From Curvularia clavata (Eukaryota): a stretch of DNA of 64,000 nucleotides. Positions 9,623 through 20,440 of this stretch are shown in pieces (within the stretch, counting starts at the first letter, position 1; each line of letters starts with the position of its first letter). Location of the stretch: the NCBI GenBank assembly GCA_023920165.1, contig CP089276.1, positions 3,162,001-3,226,000 on the forward strand. The letters are read 5' to 3'. Below the pieces are notes generated by a model. The model did no database searches. It saw nothing but the letters and a program-made list of their open reading frames with translations, and was not told the origin of the DNA. The translations under genes were made by a program, and so were the position numbers.

Positions 9623-12600
9623 TCAAACGCTCATTTCAATCCCGGCCTCCCTGGCCCTCGCCTCCTGCACCCTCCCAATACTCCTCATCGTACACTCCCT
9701 CTCCTTGTCCACCGACTCCTTCGCTGCCTTTGCCGCCAAAAGCGACGAACGATGCGCAGCAGCCCAAATCCCACCGGGACTCACACTCTGCGGTGACACT
9801 CTCGCCGCCTCCCTGACATCGACCGCTGAATCCACAATACCGAGACCTTGGACCCTCTCCCCCAGCTCATCTACCGTCTGTCTGGCTCTCCTCGCCGCGT
9901 ACGCCAACTGCTCACTTGAGCCTGGGAGGTAAATTCTCTTTGCGCCGAGGGTGCGTTTGATATCTTCTAGCAGGACCTCCATGGGACATATGTAGGCGAT
10001 GCGGTTTTTATGGCAGAAAGCGAGAACATGGCCTACGACTTTATGCTTGCCGTTTTGTACGACCCACGCGCCGCTGTCACCTCCAATGCCAAAGTCACCA
10101 GCTACATGCCAAGAGCGAGAAAAGGATTTGCGGTGGTAGATGCGGACGGCCGACATGACGGAGCTGATCATGCCGCCCTGGAGGCCTGTTGTGCGGCCGA
10201 AGCAGTGGACGGCGAGGCCACCGAGGGAAGAGGCGGGGGCTATGCCGTTGGGGTACTCGTCTTCTTCGGGGGAGTAGTGGCGGCGGTCGACGGGCGGTTT
10301 GAGCTTGGAGGCGATGAAGCGTTGTTCGGGTGCCATGCTGCCGAAGCAGAAACGGCGGCCGCCTTGGCAGATGTTGTAGGGTTGAAGACGTTCGTCTTTG
10401 AGTTTGAGAAGGGCCCAGTCAATCTCGTGGAGGATGCCGTCGCGCTTCCAGCGGCGGATGCCGGACGAGGCGTGCACGTGGCCGAGTTCGTGAGACGAGA
10501 GGTGGTCGTCGTCGCGGTCTTCTTCGTTGGGAAAAAAGTCTGGCTCCACGTCGTCGATGGCTGGTTGGGTGATTTTGATGTGCTCGCCCTCGCCAAGGAG
10601 GATCCCGTCAATGTCTCCTGTGGTAGTGCGTGATATATCGGATGCGGTCATGTCCTGTGACTCCTCGTCCGAGTCGAATTCGCTGTCGGAAAAGTGAAAA
10701 GAGTCGGTGTCGATATCATCGTCCTCGCTCTTGAACGCTTCATCATCAGACAGTTCCAGATCCCACATCGGTGCAGGCTCCTCAGAGTCCAAGTAAACAC
10801 CTGGTTGCGCGCCCATACCCATCAGCCAGGGGTTATTTGCCCCACTAGACAACATAGTCTCGTTTGGGTAGGGTCTGTCATAATCTTCCTCGGCGTCGCT
10901 CTCGTCGTCTGATGGTGCGTCTAGTAGATGGTGGACACTCATGCCCAAAGGCTCGTCGTCAACCAGAATAACTCCACCATACGAAACTGGTGGCAGATGT
11001 TCTCCATTGAACGCACCAATAGATGCCCCACAGAGTGGGCGCTGCTGGTGCCATGGATTCATGACAGCCATATCGCCACCATATGAGTCCGTGTTCATCA
11101 TTGAGCGATGAGGAGGCCTGGACTAGTTAGTCACCATACAATTCCAACAAAGAAAGCAACATACCGAGTGCGACGCGACGAGCGACTCATCTTGGACCTC
11201 CTAATCTTTCCCCTCCTGACTTTAAGATCATACACATTCTCGTCATACCGAAAGCGGCGACTGAGCAGAGCCCTGACCTTTGCAACACTGCTGCAAGTGA
11301 CAAAAACCGTCGGCTTAGCCTTCTCCAGAACCTCTCCAACAGCTACAAGATCGATACTGACGGTTTCCTCGGCATCTCTCAGCGCACGCTCCAGAAGGCG
11401 CTCCAGACGCGGCAGCATGGTCGAATGCCATTCATCCACAATTTCAGGCGTGAACTTTACAGGAAACAGGCGCAGCTTGGGACGGGAGACAGGCTCCGTG
11501 TCCCTCTCGATTTGTATCGACGATGTGACACAGCTCTCGCTCGAGTCTACCGTCCGGCTCTCAATCTCCGGTTCGGGCGTGGGATACCCAAGCGTGGCTT
11601 GCGGCCAATGGCGCATGCCATCAGTAACGAGAGCTGATATGGTGTTGTTTGTTCGCTTGCGCTTGGATTCTCGCCATGCTTTTTGGATGGTGAGGATCTT
11701 TTCCTTGTAGTCTCTGAGAGACGCGGTTTGGCCGGGAGGCCTGCGTGACTGTCTCCATGCGCGTTGGATCGTTTCAGCAGCAGTGACCATGCGCTCTCGA
11801 TACAGCGACGAGACATCACTTGGGTCCTGCGAATTCGGCGGCGTCGCGACAAGGGTGCCTGATTCCTCTAGCGGGTCTCTCTGCTCCCATTCCACTTCGA
11901 CTGGTTCTTGCTTGGGGCTCATCACGCACAGGCTTTCGGAAATACTCTTTCGGATAGAGTGTTGTGAGCTCCGCGATGGGTTCCTTGTGAGTCCCAGATC
12001 GGGTGATTTCCTCGACAAAGACTTGGTTCTCTCTAGGGCGTGCGACCCCTTTTCCAAAGCCCATCGCTTTGCGCTCCTGTACGATGAACTCTGGTGAGTT
12101 TCAGGCGCAAGTTGAGGTTGACTGAGGCTCTTGCGCTTCAAAGGAGATGCTTGTTGAATTGGCGTGACGTCAGGCCGCAGTTCTCTCAAATCGAAGCCCG
12201 GTTCAGACTCGTCAAGCATACAGCAGCGCTGCAGCCTGGTGAGGATGCGGGAGTAGACTTGGTAGACATCGGTAACATCGCTTCTTGCATCGGCTGCCCA
12301 AAAACAGTCGCGCACGACCTGCATGTAGGCCGTTCCGCACTTGGACGCAAGCCTGCGGATATACACATCCTCGATTCTTTGCTTAAAATCGCTCAGTGTG
12401 TATTTTGGTTTCCACAGATCCGACAGTGGCTGCCACAAACCCACTTCCAGCAGGACTAGTCCCAAGCCGTACAAGTCAAAGCTCGGTGTATACGGCTGTT
12501 TCTCGCCAGTAGACTTGGGGTCCTCGGGGTGACGGTAGATGTTGAGTGTTGGCATCTTGTTGCGAGTCTCAATGTCGTAGTCGGAGAAGAGGTCGAATGA

Positions 12601-13893
12601 GCAAATAACCGGCGCCCGTAAGGAGTACTGTAGTGCTCTGCTGTTGTGGGAATGGCGCTTGTTCTTCTTGAACAGCACAATGTTGGAACTGTTGACGTCT
12701 TTATGAACAAGGCTGTCGCCATGAATCTTGCTGAAGGTCAGTGCAAGTGTGAAAGCGAGTCGAAAGCGGTCTTCGAGTGGTGGTGTTGCACTGGTGGAGC
12801 TGTGTAATGACTTTGATCCTGTCTGAAGCACGCTCAGTAGGGTGACTGGCTTCAGGTCATCTATGGATTTATGTGAATCGGCAGGGCCCGAGTAGACAGA
12901 AGTTGGCAGTTCAAAGACCAGACCGAAGCGAGGTTGGTGAGGGTCTTCAACGTATCCCAGACACTTCAGTGTGCCAGGGAAGGGTTGGCTGTTGGACAAC
13001 TTTGTTAGTATAATCAACAGAGCCTCGAGACGTTCCGTCGATGGAGAAACCCCGGTAACGCGGTAAGTCGGATCGTAGCTTGCGTAGTCGACAAGAACGC
13101 TTATTTCTGTATCTCTGCCGTTGTCTGGCTTCCAGGAATGTGTGTTAAGTCTGGATTTCAAGCGGCCGATGATTCGAACAGATGTGGTACCAACACTTTC
13201 GTATGGCGGCGGTTCCTCGTCGGGCAGGATGAGGTCAGCAGGGTCTAGTTTTGGTGGAAGGTTAGACCGTGAAATGTGCGCACTCGCAGAAAAAGTTGCT
13301 GGATTTACAAGTGTCAGGTCGGACGCGCTGTAGTCTGGCGACAAGAAGACTGGCGGAGTCGTGTTATGTTGAGGCGGCCGTAGTGTAGCTTTTCCTGGGC
13401 TGACGCCTCGTTCAAGTCCTCTCTGAGATCTTCGGTTTCGAGAGAGGTCGTACAGTATGTCGATAGACGTTGTGAGGTCCTTGATCAAGTCCTCATAACG
13501 TGACTTGTCGGCGGCCGCCCACGAGGGCGGGTCAGGCCGACTCTTCTCCCCAGATAATGTCTTTCCCCCAGCAGCAGCAGATGCACCCGGGTGCATCCTC
13601 TCTGCCTCATCAAGTATTTCCTTGATCGTTCCGAGTACGCTCGTGACTGTCTCTGTCATGCCTGCCTCTTCCACGCTGTCGTCGATGTCGCCCTGCTTTC
13701 CCTTGGAGTTGTCGCTCCAGTCGACGCCCCATGTTATGAGTCTGTCCTTCTGTATCCTGAATTTGCGATGCAGCGCATGCGACTCTGGCGTGTCTTTGGC
13801 ATCCTGCTCGACCACAGCATCGCAGGTGGTTTTGGTGTCTGAGTAGAGCTGGGTCAAGCGTCGCGGCAGCCTGCTAATCGTCTCCATGTTCAC
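9623..13893 (-). CDS. HET-s/LopB (HeLo) + kinase-like (pseudokinase) + 2 IQ motifs + trypsin-like serine protease, 2 exons, 1407 aa
   Basis: Intron 11118-11164 (GTATGT…ACTAAC…CAG) joins the 920-aa and 492-aa ORFs in frame (…SRRTR|PPHRSMMN…). HeLo-type KFRIQKDRLITWG..W; kinase-like CLGYVED..RFGLVF, RFRLA, VHKDVNSSNI, IYRHP, FDLYGLGLVLLEVGLW; protease SVHH, EIDWAL, GRTTG, GDSGAW. Confidence 0.88.
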
Positions 13894-14579
13894 AAGCGGA
13901 CGGACAAGTTGTCGCGAGGATTGTTACGACGCGCGATGAGGGGAAAAGGGCGATTATCAGCTGTAGGAGGGGAAGCATGAGGGGTGTCTGCAATACGACT
14001 GCCTGGGACCCGTCGTCATGGCGCGAGACTCGCGTTGTCTAACCGGGGTGCAATTCATGGCTGCCTACAGGCACCGCCTCAGCTCCCTCGTGGTGGTGGG
14101 GGAAGACCCCTAGCACGGGGGCCACCAATCATGTTGCGCCCTTCTCCGCTGCGCCACCGCTGCGGCAGGGCTGATCTGTGGAGCGGTCGCCGGGCCTCAG
14201 GCAACGATGTGGAGTGGTTAGCGACAGGACGGAAATAGAGGTGTGCACTCTTTGATTCCCACTGAGACAGTATGTGTCATTCTTGCGAAGCTATAGGCTA
14301 TGCCCACGGAAATGTCTCAGCTACAAGCGCGGCGAGGCGATATGCCATAGTCACGACGCCACCAAGGGATCTCAACATGCTAGGTAACCCCAACTGTATG
14401 AACATGTGAGTATGTTAGTAGTCATGCAAACACTGCGCGACCACGCAACCAAATGCATTCTTTTCAAACACAAAATATTACACTATCGTTACCACATGCC
14501 CTAAGAGCCATTTGGCCCTGCAATTCGGCTGCTTTTATTTTCCATACAAAGTCGTCCCAACCACAAGTAGCGTCAACAC

Positions 14580-17228
14580 TTAGTCCTCGGTAAGATCGCC
14601 ATACTCCCACTGGCCGCGACGCTCTTCCTTGGCGATATCCTGCTTCTTCTTAAGGGCAGCCAGGATGTTTCCGCCGTTGCGCTCAAATGGCCGCAGCTTC
14701 TTCGGCACCATGGCGAGACCCTCGCTCAGGATGTCGGCATTGATACTCTCTGTGCCGTCCTTGCTCTGGTTGGGGTTGTACAAGGTTACCCAGAGCATAC
14801 CGTCCTTCTCAGTCGCCTCAACCCTGGCTACGAGCTCACGGTCGGCCGTCTCTTGTGAGATGAATGATACAGCATCCTGGAGGTATTCGGAGTTACCAGG
14901 GAGCTGAATGTATGCGAGTTGTGCCTCAACAGCCTGTGGCTTGAGCTTTGATGGCAAGAACTGAGCTTGCGAAAGAGGGCGGAGGCGTGACCATGGGATG
15001 ACTTCAGAGTTACCATAGTCAATGTACACGACCTCAGCCTTCTTGTTCTCACGGTCGTTGCGTCGGATGCGGGCGCGGTACCACTGATCGTCGGCAGTGA
15101 ACTTGGCTGCAACAAACTCGCCGGCCTTGGGGGCTTCGGACAGGCCAGAGCTGTTGGCTGGGTTGAGATGAAACTTGCCAAAGGCGTCCATGAGCTGTGT
15201 CAGTGCTGCTGTACCGGTACCAATTTGCTGGAGTCGCAGCCTGCCGTCATCCTCAACGTGAGTAATGATGACATCGCGATAGTCTGCCTTCGCAGATGGC
15301 GCAGCGTCACCGTTGGTAGGCTCAGCAGCTTCGGCAGCCTCGCCGTCCTCGTCCTCTTGGGACGGGTCGTAGTCATGCCACAGGTTTTTGCGTGCATCCT
15401 TGGCTCGCTGTTCAGCGGCAAACAGCTCGTTCGCGTTGCCAGACTTCTCGGCCGAGTAAGCATGAACAGTTGCCAGACCCTCCTCGACTAGTGTCTTTGC
15501 AAAGTTTTCGCGGTTGATGTAGAGAGTACCGATGAAGCCACCGACCTTGTCGCAGTCTTCAATATCGATTTCAACATCGCGCTGCTGGCAGCGTCGGTTG
15601 GCGAACTCGTGTGCCTCTTTTCCGAACGGCTCCCCCTTTTCGCTTTCGTTTCGCGCCGAGCGAGGCGCGCGAATACCGGAGAGGACAAGAGTGAGCTTTG
15701 CGTTCTCGCGTGGTACTAGCACAGTGAAACGCGATCCAGACTTCACAAAGTCTACAATAGCAGGAACCTTGCGTTGTCGGGAGAGGATGGTAAGCTGGCG
15801 CTTGGCCTTCTCCAGCGACTCCGAGTAGTCAACGTATTGCTTGACAGAGGGCGCCTTGTCTGACCACAGACCCTTCTTCTCCTCCTGTGCAGCTTGTTCG
15901 GCCAAAAGAAGGTCGTCGTAGATGGGGCTCCTGTCGGTGTCGTCCTGTCGGTGACGGATGACAGAAGCCATACCGTTCTCGACCAACATCAGACCAACGT
16001 TCTTGCCTTGGAGGGTGACGGTGCACATCTCGCGCTCGTCGTAGCCCTCGCTAGCCGGTCGCTTTCCGTCGACGTGGAACTTGACATGCTTGCCAATGAG
16101 CTTCTTGCGCAGGAACTCCTTTGCCTCAGCTACCCATGGCGATTGCTTGGGGTCGGTTGGCTTCGGTTGGCGGACGCTGCTGAGGTTGATGCGCTTCTCC
16201 ACACCGGCCTTGTTCCGCAGGAAAATGGTGTCTGCGCTCTGGACCCGGCTGACGGTGGCTTCTTGCTCGCCCGCCTTTGTGGTCTTGGGTGCGACGTGTT
16301 CCTTGTAGACACCAAGTCGGCCTTCCTTGGCCTGCTTCTCGGCTCCTCTCAGTATGCCCATCTGCTGGCCGAGCAAGGTAGTGTGGTGGTCGGTGCACTT
16401 AGCAAGACCGTTCTTGAGGAGGAAAGGTGTGATGCTGCCCTGGGTCGGGTGCTTTACGTCGGCAACGAGCTGGCCGTTGGGTGTAGTGCCGAGAACTTGA
16501 ACAAGCACTCCTCGCTGGAGCAGCCTTGCTTCGACGAATTGTTGTGCCTCGTCACCGAACGGCTCGGCAGGCTGTATCATATTGTTTGAGGGGTTTGTTC
16601 GCTGTGTTGCTGGTGCGCGGATACCCGCGAGGAGGACCATGGTTTGGATATGCTCGGTGGGTGAGAGAAGGAGGCGCACAATGAGGCGGTCGCCGGAGAG
16701 GACCTTTTCGACAATCGAGTCAATGTCCTTGCCCTTGTTCTGCTCGACAAACTTTTGGGGGTCGCTCAGCTCTGAAGACACGTTGATCCTGCTAACGGTT
16801 TCGGCCCAGATTCCCTTGGAGTCTGCCCTGGCGCGCGCCTCGTCTACTTGGAGTCTCTCCAGCAGGTTCGCGGCTTCATCCGAGTCTTCCTTGCGGGCAG
16901 CATCGTCTCGTAGCTTTACCCAGCCTGCGGCGACGGCCTGCTGTGGTAGTATCTCCTTGTTGGGTGTGACGATGAGACCATACTCGCGGTTCGCGCCCGT
17001 AGGGATCTTGTAAAGGACCTGGAAGCGTACGACCTTGCCTACGAGCAGACGGCGGAGGTAGTCGCGTGACTCGAAGGCGAAAGGCTCATCTCCCTCTCGT
17101 CTCAACCGCGGTGCTGTGACAAAGGCTAGACTCAGTATGCGCTCTGCTTTTGGGTCCTTGATGTTATGGAGGACGACGGTATCGCCAGAAAGCACGCTCT
17201 TGACCTTTGCTTCGAAAAGATTGCTCAT
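14580..17228 (-). CDS. SND1: Tudor staphylococcal nuclease (Tudor-SN/SND1), 882 aa
   Basis: Four SNase repeats (VKSVLSGDT…EPFAFESR; VEKVLSGDR; etc.) and a Tudor domain AAKFTADDQWYRARI…VVYIDYGNSE; C-terminal QWEYGDLTED. Confidence 0.96.
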   Translation of the reverse strand: MSNLFEAKVKSVLSGDTVVLHNIKDPKAERILSLAFVTAPRLRREGDEPFAFESRDYLRRLLVGKVVRFQVLYKIPTGANREYGLIVTPNKEILPQQAVAAGWVKLRDDAARKEDSDEAANLLERLQVDEARARADSKGIWAETVSRINVSSELSDPQKFVEQNKGKDIDSIVEKVLSGDRLIVRLLLSPTEHIQTMVLLAGIRAPATQRTNPSNNMIQPAEPFGDEAQQFVEARLLQRGVLVQVLGTTPNGQLVADVKHPTQGSITPFLLKNGLAKCTDHHTTLLGQQMGILRGAEKQAKEGRLGVYKEHVAPKTTKAGEQEATVSRVQSADTIFLRNKAGVEKRINLSSVRQPKPTDPKQSPWVAEAKEFLRKKLIGKHVKFHVDGKRPASEGYDEREMCTVTLQGKNVGLMLVENGMASVIRHRQDDTDRSPIYDDLLLAEQAAQEEKKGLWSDKAPSVKQYVDYSESLEKAKRQLTILSRQRKVPAIVDFVKSGSRFTVLVPRENAKLTLVLSGIRAPRSARNESEKGEPFGKEAHEFANRRCQQRDVEIDIEDCDKVGGFIGTLYINRENFAKTLVEEGLATVHAYSAEKSGNANELFAAEQRAKDARKNLWHDYDPSQEDEDGEAAEAAEPTNGDAAPSAKADYRDVIITHVEDDGRLRLQQIGTGTAALTQLMDAFGKFHLNPANSSGLSEAPKAGEFVAAKFTADDQWYRARIRRNDRENKKAEVVYIDYGNSEVIPWSRLRPLSQAQFLPSKLKPQAVEAQLAYIQLPGNSEYLQDAVSFISQETADRELVARVEATEKDGMLWVTLYNPNQSKDGTESINADILSEGLAMVPKKLRPFERNGGNILAALKKKQDIAKEERRGQWEYGDLTED

Positions 17229-17244
17229 GGTGGATGTCGGGTGG

Positions 17245-17330
17245 CTGCATCATTGAGGACGTCTGTTAGCTACTGTGTCCCAAAGAGCTGCAGATGGTGT
17301 GTGGGGCGACACCTGTTCCCTTGCACTTAC
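17245..17330 (-). other. Probable 5'UTR intron of SND1
   Basis: On the minus strand: GTAAGT donor at 17330, GCTAAC branch at 17270-17265, and CAG acceptor ending at 17245, 16 nt before the ATG. Confidence 0.7.
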
Positions 17331-18347
17331 GGGAAGGAGATGCCAAAACTGGCTGTGTAGACCAAAAATGCTGATGAGAAGCTGCAATTGATGTGTGTGC
17401 CAAATGCCAATTGCTTGGTTCGAGGGTTGAGATGCTACGTGTTGTGATGGCGGGAAATCTCGCCGTTGCTACTCAGGGACCGTTCTTGTGGGGTCGAGGA
17501 CCCTAGGCGAAGATTGTCACTGGCGGAGGTCCAGCCCCGTACACCTCGAGTTTGACGGCGTCGGGGAGCACGACTACTAGGTGGAATTGGAAATTTTAGC
17601 GATCCTTCCACGCGGACTGTGCAGGTGCTTAGAATTAGTGCCCAAGGGCATTTGCATGCTGCTCGAATCTCTGGGTCGGAAAAAGAGCGCTCCCTCTTAT
17701 GGACTGCAGGTCCATGAGCTCTCGTACATACGCTAATTATTACCCAATTAGGGTCATTGTACTGTGGTACATAGATGTTCCCATAGACAGGCGCAGCATC
17801 TAATGCATGTCTGCTTACAGCTCACTTACGTCAAAGACTCGCATATGTATGCTGGTATTGCAGTATGCTGACAAGTAGCGTTGCATGAAACAATAGCAAC
17901 AAAAGGGATGTCAACCGCCTAAACAACAAGGAAGCCACTGACGCAAACATCTATCATCTATCGGATACAAGATTTGCTATGTCCAGCTTAATCCAGCTGG
18001 TTCTTTGACCTGTTAAAACCGCATGTCCATTGGAAATATCCGTTCGACTTCGCCGACCCCCTCGCGGACTTAAGGGCGGATGGACATAAGGCTGTTGTTC
18101 TCGTTTCTGATTGGTCCATCAGACATGAGTAGGTCTTAGTAAGTGTAACAGCGTATACGAGTCGAGGAAAGGCGTAGGCGCACAATCAACTCGAAGCGGA
18201 TGCATGTTGTGATATCGCTAATTAGGCCCCCTCCTGCGAGAAAATTCATGCGTATAAGACTGAGGGGTCAAGTCGACCAAGTATCCCGATATTACATATT
18301 CTGCGTTCTCATTCTATACTCGTGCACGATTATCTCACAAACCAACC

Positions 18348-19465
18348 ATGCCTGACCTCCAAACCATCCGGTCGAACATCGCACAGCTGCCAAATGGCCC
18401 ACCACTCGTAGTCGCCCTTATTGGCGGCACCAGTGGCATCGGTTCGTACGTAGCAGAAGCCTTTGCATCGACCTTTGCAGCACATGGCTCCAAGCTGCGG
18501 GTTTACCTGGTGGGACGTAATGCTCAACGCGCAGAGTCACTGATGCGCTCTGGTCGCGAGACTAGCCCTGGGTCTGACTGGCGATTTATTCAAGCAAAGA
18601 ATCTGGCACTGATGAGCGAGGTGGATGCAGTGTCTAACGAGATCGCGAGGCAGGAGGAGGCAGATCCGTTCCAGGGCGGACCACCGAGATTGGATGCACT
18701 GTATATGAGCTCAGCACTCTCACCGATAGCACCATCACCCCGTAAGTCTCTTAGTCTATTCGAAGGATTCTTGGCATGCTGATTGGAATGACAGGCACGG
18801 CGGAAGGCCTTGATTCACAGATGTCGTTGCTCTACTACTCGCGCATCGAATTCATACAAAACCTCACTCCTTTACTTAGAGCCTGTCCCGGTACGGCACA
18901 TGTGATTTCCATTTTTGCAGGGTCAATGGAAGACAAGTTCAAGCCAGACCAACTACCCATCGGCGAGCCTGAGGAAGCCAGCTATGGTATAACTGAAGTG
19001 CGTACACGTACGTGCTTCATGAAGACATTCTTTTTCGAATGGCTAGCGGAGGAACACGCGGGGAAAATCAGCTTTGTACACATTTATCCTGGACTCGTGG
19101 ACGGGCCGACGTTCTACAATAACGAAAATCCGCTGTGGTTCCGCATCTTGTGGACAATAATGAAGCCACTGGCAAGTTTGTGGATGACGAGCCCAGAGGT
19201 GTGTGGTCAGGTCATGGTTTCTTTGTCTACGTCAAGATATCCAGCAAAGGGAACTGTGGATGCAGGAGAGGGTGCAGGGGGGAAGGTGGCCTACAGTTCG
19301 CAGAGAGAGGTGGGAGGGGGTGCTTATGCAGTGGGTCAACGAGGAGATGAAAGAAGCGAAGTGAGCTGGGCAAGCGCGAGGCGAGATGACACGGGAAGGA
19401 AGGTTTTGGAGCACACCATGGGGGTGTTGTACGGGGCGGCGAGCAAGAGCAATGTGGGCAGATAA
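18348..19465 (+). CDS. Short-chain dehydrogenase/reductase-like oxidoreductase, 2 exons, 354 aa
   Basis: Rossmann motif IGGTSGIG, VYLVGRN, EGLD..MSLLYYSR, SFVHIYPGLV. Intron 18742-18794 restores the frame. A canonical YxxxK motif is not evident (atypical SDR). Confidence 0.88.
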
Positions 19466-20423
19466 GGAGGCAAGTCAATTGACGAGAGAAGAAAATGCAC
19501 TGCGCAGACAATCATGTATTTGCCGCTGCAGCTTATGTCGACGACGGAGTTTGTGAGTATTGGATTTGTACAAAAGGGAACTTGGCGTTGGGTGTAGGTG
19601 TAATTAGGACTAGTATGTGCTCTAGTAGGAAGGAACGTTGACTTTTGTCGCTCAACGCCAACAAAAGCTGCTGACATGGCTCCGACCGCTCCGCTGCCGA
19701 CTAGAAGCGGTTCAAAATTAGCAGCAAGCTAGAAGCGAGACCAAGGCCGGGACAGGACCGGTTCGTGGCGACATGATGCGACGTTGCATGAGGCACTTGT
19801 TTAGTTGATTTTGGTGACATGGCGCACAGAGAGGCGGTGGAATTTTGTTGGCATGCACACAGGTGCTGTCGTGGAGGCAACGGGCCACGGACAGGTACAT
19901 GTGGTCGAGGTGAGGAAGCAAGATTGGGGACAAGGGAAGACGCTCATCATGGCTGTGGTAAGGTCAAGGGCCGACAGCACCAACGAATGAAAGAATGGTC
20001 GCTGACGCGGCCACTCGGACGCACAGAGGGGATAAGCTTCAGTGTCAGAGAGGCGGGGTAGGGCAAGAGGTGAGCCTTGCACGGGCAGCCCTGGGGCCAA
20101 TGGCGACATGAAGCTCGTGTTTCACAGTCGCAACCATAGCGCAGCTCATTGCAGAGAGAGGAAGGAGTGGCAGCTGAGACAATGGTCCTGCGGAGAGGAG
20201 TTGCAATTAGGAAGATTGCGATGGGATAATTAATAATAGCAGCAGCAGCAGTAAAGCGACGACGACGGCAACAAATAAAGGATAAAGTGGACAAAGAATT
20301 GTGCAGACAGGCAGGTTGGCTACCACTATCGCTATCGGTGGCTATCGACGATTGCCATGGCAGGCCAGGCTCCATATTTTCATCGTGTGGAGCCGCGTTA
20401 GGAGGGGCACGAGTGGCTGACAT

Positions 20424-20440
20424 GGGGGGGGGGGGGGGGG
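20424..20440. repeat. Poly-G tract (G17)
   Basis: 17 consecutive G bases upstream of btgC. Confidence 0.9.
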
